64,000 bases of DNA from the human T2T-CHM13v2.0 reference genome, Homo sapiens, in the NCBI RefSeq assembly GCF_009914755.1, contig NC_060944.1; one strand, given 5' to 3'. Positions 53,303 to 64,000 of the stretch are shown here, piece after piece. The stretch's first letter is position 1. Every line of letters starts with the position of its first letter. The notes beneath the pieces were generated by a model. It saw only the letters and a list, made by a program, of their open reading frames with translations. It ran no database searches and had not been told where the DNA came from. The position numbers and the translations under genes were made by a program.

Positions 53303-53369
53303 GAGACTGAAGCCAGAGAACAGAAGGAGGCCAGAGAACAGAGACTGAGGCCAGAGAACAGAGAACTGA
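53303..53369. repeat. About 20-bp tandem repeat, three copies (GAGACTGAGGCCAGAGAACA-like)
   Basis: 'gccagagaacaga' occurs three times at roughly 18-20-bp spacing. Confidence 0.85.
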
Positions 53370-53781
53370 CCCCAGATAAGACTATTTAGAAGTTAAAAGG
53401 TAAGCTAACAAATCATTAAAAACAACACGATTTAGCCTCCTATCTTGATAAATTCACCATTGTCTTTACTTACCTAAAAGGCAAGGTTCAAATTTAGAAT
53501 TCTTACAATCCTTGGAGTCTCTATTGGAAGAGGAACTGACCTCAGTCCAGGCCTGCAGCTCCTCTCTTTATCCCTCCACCTCCCTCCTGTACCAGCAAAG
53601 GGCTCTCTCATGTGCAAGCTGGTGCATCTAAGCCACATGAACAGCTGTCCCTTGGTTACCCCTTGGGCTTAGAGGGGCTTAGAGGGGCACAAACTAGAGA
53701 CATATTCTGCCTTCAGCAGCCCCTAGAAGGGACCCAAGGGATCGGATAGCCCTAGTAGTGAGGTCTGGTCTACAAGGAGGC

Positions 53782-54233
53782 TATATTAGTTTGCTAAGAC
53801 TGTTAGGACCAAGTACCATAAACTGGGTAGATTACACAACAGAAATTTATTGTCTCACGGTTCTGCAGGCTATAAGTCCAGGATTGAGGTTTGAGCAAAA
53901 TTGGCTCCTTCTGACAGTTGTGAGGAAGAATCCTTCCTGGGCTTCTCCTCTGGCTTCTGGTGATTTGCTAGTGATCTTTGGTGTTTATTGGCTTGTAGAC
54001 ACAGCGCTCTGATCTCTGACTTCACTTTCACATGGCATCCTCCCTGTGTGTGAGTCTGTGGCATCATTTTCCCTTCTTATAACGACACTTGTCATATTGG
54101 ATTAGGGTCCACCTTAATGACCTTATCTTGATTACATCTGTAAAGACCCTATTTCTATAGAAGGTCATATTCTGAGGTACTGGGGTTAGGACTTCAATGT
54201 ATAAATTTGGAAGACACAAATCAACTGATAGCA
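53782..54233 (-). mobile_element. MLT1C-like solo LTR
   Basis: 'aagtaccataaactggg...aacagaaatttattgtctcacggttct...ggcttctggtgatttgct...gtcatattggattaggg...attctgaggtactggggttaggacttcaa'. Confidence 0.88.
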
Positions 54234-57200
54234 GAGGATAAGTAAGTGTGGGCTCCCAGAGGGCACATTCCCTTGGCCTCATGGACAGCTCATCCTTAGG
54301 GAAGGTTGTGGCTGGATGAGGCCCAGAGTGAAGCTCTCTAAAACTTGAGACCTGTGACAGGGACCCCTTTAAGGACTATGCTGAGAATACATTCTTTATC
54401 ACCAATATCACTGCAGTCTTTGACATGGGATGACCCAGCAGTTTAAAGAGCAACAGAAATAGAAATGAAATAGAAATAGAAATTAACTTCAACTTCTTCT
54501 GAATTTCCCCATTTGGCTAAATTAAGTAAGGCTCTTCCCCACACTCTGAATAGTCTTTCCAGTCTAGTCCATCTTATCAATTCATTCTCTCTTCACCCCT
54601 AATTCCCATCACAACTTCTCACCCAGTTCATTTGATAGCTTATGAGTGACTGCTTCTTACAACCAAAAGTGTTGATCTTAGCACGATGTTGGAGGATGGC
54701 AAGTCCTCAATAAAAACGTATTGGTTCTCTGGGCCTCTAACTTCTGTTGATGGCATATTTAATGCATCAGCTTTGATTCTGGACAGTACATTCCTAGTTC
54801 TGAGGGCAGTCAGGCCTTCACTGTTCTGTATGTGGGCTATTTCTGAGCCCACATTTTAAAAATAATCCATGGCGGGAAGGAGGGGTATTCAATTCTGTGA
54901 CTAAAAACAATCTCCTGGGAGCCAAAGAAACACACAGATAATGTTTATTCTCCAAGCTAAAAATAGGTGGGCTGGTATTTTTAGTCATTCCCCAAAATAT
55001 GGTGTCTGGACTCAAATTCAGCTGTGGGTGTCTGTCTTTTTGGGATCCAATGAGGCTGGCAGTGCGGGGAGGAGTCCGGGTCAGATGCTAGAATAAAAAA
55101 ATGTTTCTAGGAGAGAAGTCGGGCCTTGCTACCAATTTAAGCTTTCCAGCTAATGAGGGTGTAGTTCAATTTCAAACATTTTTAGAGTTTAAAAAAACAA
55201 AAACAAAAACAAAAACAAAGCAACCTCAATGAATTATCGAGTGCATAAAGACCAGCAGTTGTTACATCCTTGGCTGTCAAAATGAGCTACTTCTTCCCCT
55301 CAGATGAGGGCAAAAAGTGGTCTGGAATCACAGCAAAATTAATTTGTTTGCTCGGGTATAAATTTAAAACGACTCACCTGATTTTTTTTTTATTCTTCTG
55401 TAATTTGCCAGAGTTAATTCAGTCCCAAGGGATTTTCTCTTTACCACCTTGCTATAAAATCTGATTCAGTTTCATACAGTTTTTTTCCCCAGCTAATGCC
55501 CAGACTAAACGTACACTTTAAGAAAACACCAGGGCTATAGCCTGTGCTTTTGCTATGTTTCTTGTATAGACTTTCGGGGACCCTTGGTGTGGGAAACGGA
55601 AGGGAGGGTTTTCAAGGCATTTAAAGAGTTTAAGAAATCTCTACAAATCAGCATGATGTTTTTTCTCCCTTCTCTAGAAGTCAAGTTTAAGGGATCATTT
55701 CTTTACCAAGTCTTGCACCTACTGAATTACTGTTGGGGTTGAGACCAACTGCAAGGTTTCAAAAGGAATGGAAAGAAGCATACTTAATGAAAAAGTGCTG
55801 AGGATTGGATGTCAAACTTAAAAACAGAATGTGAGTTATTCCTGTGTTGTATGACAAAGGCATTTTCCTTGCCTCACCAGACCAAGTCCAGGAATAGGAA
55901 GGGCAGGGGGCTGCCTCCAAAACATAAGGCTGCATGTGGGATTCCCACTAAACCCATCCCACAGACGAACCACATGGAAGATGTCTAACGTGACCAGTGG
56001 AATGAGCAACATTGATTTCTCTCAGTGTTCGCCAGACGCGTTCCATCATTGTGCTGGCTTGGTAGGAGGGTGCTGGGATGCAGCAGCGAATGTCTTACCG
56101 AGATGTTCTCATCGCGTGAGTTAGGATGGAGTGACACATCTCCTTGTGTTATTTTGAGCTGCTTAAAAGTTCATGTTGTGACTATGAGTGGGTTTAGTAT
56201 CAGACTATATTTCTTAAATAGAAATCAAGTCCTTGATTGCATAATTCCATTGCTTCAAATGTTATAATTTGGTAACACTGAAGAGAGGATCTATGGCCAA
56301 AGGATCATGTGATGGAAAAAAAGGGAAAAATGTCATTTATGCTGTCATATGCCAAGTAGATGTAATTTTAAAGATAGTGTCTTCCATCCAAAATTAATTC
56401 CCTTATCTATAGTAAACTACATCAGATGTCATGATAGAAATTATGGCCATTTGGAGGGGGCAGTTGTACCGTAGTTTCCAAACTTTTTTTTTTTTTTTTT
56501 CAAAGCATACTCTTATTATAACCATTTTTGAGATTAAGGACCATAATTTTGGAGCCATTATCTTTTTCTAAAACTCAAAGTACAATTTATTTCCTTTTTG
56601 GCTTCATGAAAGTAAGTTATTTTGTTTCTCAGAATCACCCATTCTATTGTTAAGACGGGGACTCTGAAGCCAGGTCACACAAGAAGTTAATGGGCAAAGT
56701 CAAGAACCTACATATTATGGCCATTTCTTAAACTCTTCCCTGGGCCTGACAAAAATAATTTGATTTATGTATCTAGTGATTTTTTTATCACTTGTAATTA
56801 AAATATGAAGAGTTGACATTTTTTTTCCTGCTTGGTATTCTCCACACAATCTTTTGGGAGGAGCTTGTGGATTTTTCTGGACTCCTGGGGCTTGCCTGGC
56901 TACCTCTTCTGACAGACCTGGACACAGCCCTGTGTGTGTCTGTCACACTCAGCAGGGCAGCAAATGGCAGGATCCTGCTGTGATTTCACAGTCCTGCCTT
57001 TCTTCTCGGGCATCCAGGCTAGGATATATATATACCATTACCACATCATTCATAGCTTGCTGTCAACAAGCCAAGAAACACATCGCCTTATCCCACACTC
57101 GCATTAGCACGAATAATTTAAATCAACATTTCTGTTGGGCTGCATTGGGGGATACTGTTGTTTGGGAAGTCGGGTGCATCCACCGGGCTGGCTGACAGTC

Positions 57201-57532
57201 ATAGGTTTTTCTTGCTCTTGGTGGGCTCAAGTGCTTGTCTAAATACAGCCCCTTAACACTGCCTTGTTGTCTCAGCCCAGCAGGCAGTGATTTTGGCTCA
57301 CTACATCACAGCCTCTGGTGTCAACAAAGTCTTGTCTTTGCAGTTTTCCTGGTGTTAGCCTGAAGGGTGTATGTCTCTGTCTGTGAGTCTGTTTGCTAGG
57401 AAAGTTTTCCTCCCTGATGGAGGAAAGGGGGCACAGAAATAAACCACAGAGTTCTCTAGAAATGTCAAGGATTCATTTAGATTTAACTGTGAGGTGTATG
57501 TTCTTCTTTTGTCCCCAATCTTCCTCTACTTT

Positions 57533-57834
57533 TTTGTTTTTTAGAGATAGTCTTGTTCTGTCACCCAGGCTGGAGTGCAGTGTGCAATCACAGCTCACTT
57601 CAGCTTTGACCTCCTGGGCTCAAGAGATCCTCCTGCCTCAGCCTCCTAAGTAGCTGGGACTGCAGGTCCCAGGACACACCACCATGCCCAGCTAATTTAC
57701 TTTTTTTTTTTTTTTTTTGTAGAGATGAGGTCTTTCTATGTTGTCCAGACTGATCTTAAACTCCTGGGCTCAAGTGATCTTCCTGCCTTGGCCTGCCAAA
57801 GTGCTGGGATTATAGGTGTGAACCACAGTGCCCC
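57533..57834 (-). mobile_element. AluJ
   Basis: Antisense Alu with J features and extended central poly-T. Confidence 0.9.
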
Positions 57835-58503
57835 TCCCCTAATCTCTTGACGCCCTGTGTTGGCATATTCTGATGTATCCTAGACTTCAGTAACCTCTAA
57901 CTTGGACAACCAGCCAGAAGACAGTTCAAATCTAAATATTCTTCTAGTCTCCTTTGTGCATTTCAATAAGAACAACAACAATATGTGCACACTGAGATTT
58001 CTCCTCACCTGGGCCATGGGGCGGATTGTGGAAGTACACAAAGTGGTCCACGTGTTTACTCTCCTGGTATTTACATCTTTACATTCTTTCAGATTTGGGA
58101 TGTGACTTTTAAAAAAGACAGTGCCAAGTGTAATAATAGACCTGTTAGTAATGTACATGTGAGATACAGACTGACATTTTGAGGAAACTTGTAGGGTAAA
58201 ATAGGATAATGAAAGACTTCATGTTAGAAAATAGCTTCTGAAGATGAAGGTAGAATAAATAATTATCTGACATTTGTCTGTTCCTCCTGCTTCTATTAGT
58301 CATAATTATTTAGGTCATCACAAAGGCTCTGTGTCCCAATTCTTCACTCTATTGTAGTAATATTTTACATCCCATCCTTGCCATGGTGTCATGGTGGGCA
58401 GAGTAGATGGCCGGATGTCTTGACTTTGGACTTGGCCATTTGACTTGCCCAGTTCAATTGGATGTTAGCTGGTGTGAGGCCTATGATGTGCTGGGGCTGT
58501 TGC

Positions 58504-58645
58504 GGATGGCTTGAGCCCAGGAGTTTGAGACCAGCCTGGGCAACATGGCAGAACCCCATCTCTACATAAATTACAAAAATTAGCTGGGTGTGGTGGCATG
58601 CGTCATTACACTTCAGTCTGGGTGATAGAGTGAGACCCTGTCTAA
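58504..58645 (+). mobile_element. AluJ fragment with internal deletion
   Basis: 'gcttgagcccaggagtttgagaccagcctgggcaacatgg...gtggcatgcg|tcattacacttcagtctgggtgatagagtgagaccctgtct'. Confidence 0.8.
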
Positions 58646-59004
58646 CATATATGCATATACAAAATCTGCCCCCCATCTTTACTGTTAATTGTTAAGAGAG
58701 ACCTATGGTTCCTCCCCACTGGAGAGTGGCCGATTATCAGCCAACCTTGGCAGTCTGTGTCTTTAATTCCTGTCTCAGTTTTTTTTTTTTAATTTTTAAA
58801 ATCTTGTCCTCTTATGCTTAAATACCCCTTCTGCATGTAGTTTGATGATATTTGGTAGCCCCAGTAATTACCAGGCTTAATTGATCTGTTAAAACTCATC
58901 TAAAATTATTTTTTCTCTTTTTTTTCTGATTTTTCTCTCTAGAAGTTTTTTTTATACTGGTAAGCTGTGTATGTTATATACCAAATAAAATTTCTTTTAA
59001 ATAA

Positions 59005-59352
59005 CATTTTATTATTTAATTTATTTGCCAGATTTACTGAAGTATGATGAACAAATAAATATTGTATAAATTTAAGGTATACAACATGGTGTTTTGCTGT
59101 ATGTATACCTTGTGTAATGATTCCTATAATCAAGCTAATTAACATATTCATCACCTGATGCAGTTACCTTTTTTGTGTGATGAGAACATTTAACTCTCTT
59201 AGCAATTTTAGTTATTATTAACTATAGTTATCATGCTGTATATTAGATCCCTAGAACTTATTCATCTTATAGATGAAAGTTTGTATTTACTCTTTGACCA
59301 ATATCTCCCCATTTTCCCGACACCCCAGCCCCTGACAATCACCATTCTCTCT
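59005..59352 (-). mobile_element. L1MA 3'-end fragment
   Basis: 'tttaaggtatacaacatg...caagctaattaacatattcatcacc...ttaactatagttatcatgctgtatattagatccctagaactt...cccagcccctgacaatcaccattct'. Confidence 0.85.
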
Positions 59353-60261
59353 TTTAATTCTGATATGATCTGATTTTCTGCTTAGGATCACAGTGTGATT
59401 AATTCTTTCCCCTATGAAAATTTTGAATTTAGATAGGCAACTGTGAGTTTTTTTTCCCATTTAATCAGTAAGCACATGTTAAAGGCTCACTCACAAAATG
59501 CCTACAAAATGAACACAAATGAATAATTATGTCCAGTTTAACCATGGGCAATATTATATATGCATATTTACATACATATGTATATATGTGTGTATGTGTA
59601 TGCATTTATGTATATTTACATATATATTTAATCACAGTCTGTTTCTTATAATAGATTAACCAGTTGTATGGTGATTTTACAGTAATCTGAATATTTGATG
59701 AGCGTACAATTCTCCATTCATGTTAGAGATACTTTACAAATGTAAGGGCAAAAGCAGCTATAGATAAAAGTGGGCAACATCAATGCCAAACTTCCTCCCT
59801 GTTAGGTTCCACTCAAGTTATGAAGTTTTATACACATCAATGCAAAATGCAAGCCCCCTTTTCCTAAACCTTCCCCACAATAGACCCAGCTGCTGGACTC
59901 TTCTGGCCTGACTCTATCACCACAGGGGCCACATACTTTCTCCCTACTACTTCTTTGATCCCCTTATTGGGGCTATACCTGTGGTAAGATGTGTGAGTGC
60001 ATGTGTGTGTATGTGTGTTTTCTCTGCTCATACTTTCATTTATTTCACGCATTTTTTCTCACACGCAGGATAACATTCCCTTCTACTTCCTTCACTGTAA
60101 GTTCTTTCTTTCAACCTTGTCTGGTAAGACCTGGGGACATTTCACACAAGCCTGTGTCTGTCTGCCTTTCTCTTCCTCTCTGCATGCATTTGAAATAAGC
60201 ACCCCAGGTGATTCTGATTCATGTAGTCTGAGACCACTCTTAGTGGAAAGTGTGCATTTTT

Positions 60262-60372
60262 GGTATTAAGCACACCTAGACTTTAGTCCTCACCCTGTCA
60301 CTTCATAGCTGGGTTATGGTGAGCAACTATACCCTTGGATCCACATCTGTAAAATGGGGCTAATGGAGTACC
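60262..60372 (+). mobile_element. MIR fragment
   Basis: 'tcacttcatagctgggt...gagcaac...catctgtaaaatggggctaat'. Confidence 0.6.
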
Positions 60373-61779
60373 AGGTTGGTTTATGTTTGTTTGTCTCTTG
60401 TCTTTGCTCTTAGATTTTGTAAGCCATGGTAAACGGGATTTACCATGAGCAAAATAAAGGATGGGCTGAAGATAGAAGTACAAAGAGTTGATCAGTTCTA
60501 GCAGTCAGAAAGTGGGACTGGATTTAGTCATGCTGCAATGTATGCATATTTTAAAACAGCATGTCGTACAAAATAAATGTATATAATTTTTTTTTGTCAA
60601 CTGAAAATACAAGAATGTGATCAGAAGCAAGCTTTATGTATTTAATTTTATTATGCCAAACTAGATTTGTCCAGCACAGAGCTTGACTCTTCATTTTCAG
60701 AATGCACACATATTACAAACCGCTGAAACAGAGTAAGTCTATTATTTTCACTTGTGTATTAGTTTGGCCAGGGTTTGGTGGTATATATTCAAGGGAAGCC
60801 AAAATGTTTGTTTGAGCTTGTTTGCTATTAAGAACTCTGTTAACATTGGTTCATCGTCAAATTATGACTCCAAAGAAACAAACTTCAGTTCTCTGTCCTT
60901 GAGAATATTGTGTTTTCTAAGTTTTGAAACTTGCTGGAAAAGTGCTATTTTTTTCACTCATTTGGGCAAAATTTAGTAATTCATCTTGACTAATTATATG
61001 ATGTTGAATTTACTAAAGAAGATCTTCAGGCACTTTTTTATGTTAGTATGATGATAAATACATGATTATATTTAATAAACAAAGCATGTTTATTACATAG
61101 TTGAAAATCATATTCTTAGGTGTTTGCAAATAGAATTCTAAGGTTTCAGTATTTGAACTGAATATTTTAAAAACAGTTTTGAATTTTGGCAACTGAAATA
61201 AATTCTGGGAAAGTATTGGAATCTAACATTATTAACAAAATACTGTGGCGTGATAAATGTTAAATATCTCAGAAAATATAATCTTGATTATGCCATTATC
61301 TCTTCTGTGGTGAATAGAATTTATACACATCGCAATATGTGTTTCTAAACAAAGGGTGACTTAAAATGCTAAGTGCCTTATAATTTAGAGTTTAGACAAA
61401 AACTGTATTCTCAATTGTGCCACAGTTTTATGGTCTCCTACTGTGTAGTATTTTGGCGCAGATTAGGGATAAACCATCAATGGATAATAAATCTAATTTC
61501 TGAGTTACTGGAAATGTCTTTGATATCAAATAAAGGTTTTTCTCCTAGTTGGTGCACTACTTCACAATATAGATGCTTATTTATTTGAAAAAAAGTGGGA
61601 ATGTTTGAAAATGTTGCCATGTACTATAGCCTGTCTTTTTTTCTAATCACATCTATTTAGATAAGGTTTGCTGATAATTTTAAGTTTTGTTAAAAGTGTA
61701 TAACAAGGTCCTATGTGTGCTAATACAAATTTTCAGAAAATTATTTTTGTTTCTAACAATATTATTAATAATTTTATAT

Positions 61780-62935
<1,156 letters not shown>

Positions 62936-62940
62936 TCCAA

Positions 62941-63768
62941 TGATATAGGGAAAAAACCGAAGTATTTCTTCTATTCCCTCACTCAGTAGTCAACACAGAA
63001 GACTTCTGTAACCAAATATGTGGGAGTTTTCTCTGCACACTAACCAAGCAATCAGTTTTGCAGTGGACACCAGCTGGTGTCCTCCAATTCAATTCTGATG
63101 CTATCTTCCTGGGGAGAACATCAGATCCCACAGGTTAAGGTTTCAGTCCCATGAGATTGCCCCCACTTCTATGCCAATCAAAAGCCCCACTGGCTTCTGA
63201 CCCATCAGCTGTAAGTAGGGTTTCTCACAACTCCCTTCTTGGGTTCAACTAATTTGCCGGGGAAGCTCCCAAAACTCAGGTAAACACTTTACTTACATTT
63301 ACTGGGTTATTATAAAAGATATTACAAAAAATACAGATGAAGAGATGCATTGGGTAAGGTTATGTGGGAAGGGATGTGGGACTTCCATGCCCTCTTATAT
63401 GGGCCACCTTCCAGGAACGTCCATGTATTCAGCTATCTGAAAGCCCCCAGAACCCTGTCCTTTTGGGTTTTTATGGAAGCTCCATTACATAGGCATGGTG
63501 GATTAAATCATTGGCTATTGATAATCGACTCAACCTTCAGCCTCCTCCCCTCCCCAGAAGATGGGGCATGAGCTGAAAGTCCCAATCCTCTAATGTTGCC
63601 TTGGTCTTTCCTGTGACCAGGCCCCATCCGGAAGCTACATAGAGGTTGCCAGCCATCTGTCAACTCATTAGCACACGAAATAACATCACTTTGGAGATTC
63701 CATGAATTTTAGGCTTTGTATGACAGGAAATGGGAACAAAGACCAAACATATATTTTACAATATCACA
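62941..63768 (-). mobile_element. MER21 (A/B-like) solo LTR
   Basis: Reverse complement starts 'tgtgatattgtaaaatatatgtttggtctttgttcccatttcctg...atggctggcaacctctatgtagcttccggatgggg.cctggtcacaggaaagaccaaggca'; TG...CA termini. Confidence 0.85.
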
Positions 63769-64000
63769 ACTTAGAGTGTACATAGGATTAAAATATACAA
63801 CAGTAGCACAGAAAAGGGGAAGAAGTAAATGAAATTAGTGTTCTAAGGTCCTGGCATTGTCTGGGAAGAGGCTAAAGTACTGATTTGTTACAGTTTGATA
63901 AAAACACATCTAATCTCTAGAAACAAAGCAGAACTACTGGGCAAGGCATGATGGCCATTTGGTGGCCGTGTGGTGGGAGTCTGCAGAAGTTCTCTTCTCG

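Noticed and set aside
53303-53369. Repeat-spacer-like pattern (GCCAGAGAACAGA three times)
   Set aside because: Ordinary short tandem repeat with 5-7-nt related linkers; not CRISPR-like, and the DNA is eukaryotic.

Overview
This is AT-rich, CpG-poor primate genomic DNA, almost certainly human because it carries an AluYa4/Ya5-type element. It looks intergenic or deep intronic. Roughly half is recognisable interspersed repeat: about 14 Alus, L1 fragments from L1PA3-age to L1ME-age, L2/MIR relics, solo LTRs (MLT1, MST, MLT2A, LTR16, LTR33, MER74, MER21) and DNA-transposon fossils (MER53, MER5, MER20, MER3, MER45A, Tigger2). I recognise no cellular protein-coding exon, tRNA, rRNA or CpG island. 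The ORF track is explained by L1 ORF2 remnants, antisense-Alu ORFs, simple repeats and chance. I find no support for a new multi-gene biological system. The most notable sequence-level items are: a ~190-bp polyadenylated, TSD-flanked retrocopy of an unidentified RNA inside an inverted L1 segment (33385-33605); a perfect 21-bp-stem hairpin with an extra direct copy, suggesting template switching (50385-50452); a perfect 58-bp tandem duplication (15387-15505); a very young AluYa4-like insertion (40441-40740); three twin-priming L1 inversions; several nested-insertion stacks; and a CpG-retaining 90-nt exon-like segment (56026-56115). Repeat subfamily names come from recalled consensus sequences and old-repeat boundaries are approximate; both need RepeatMasker/Dfam confirmation.
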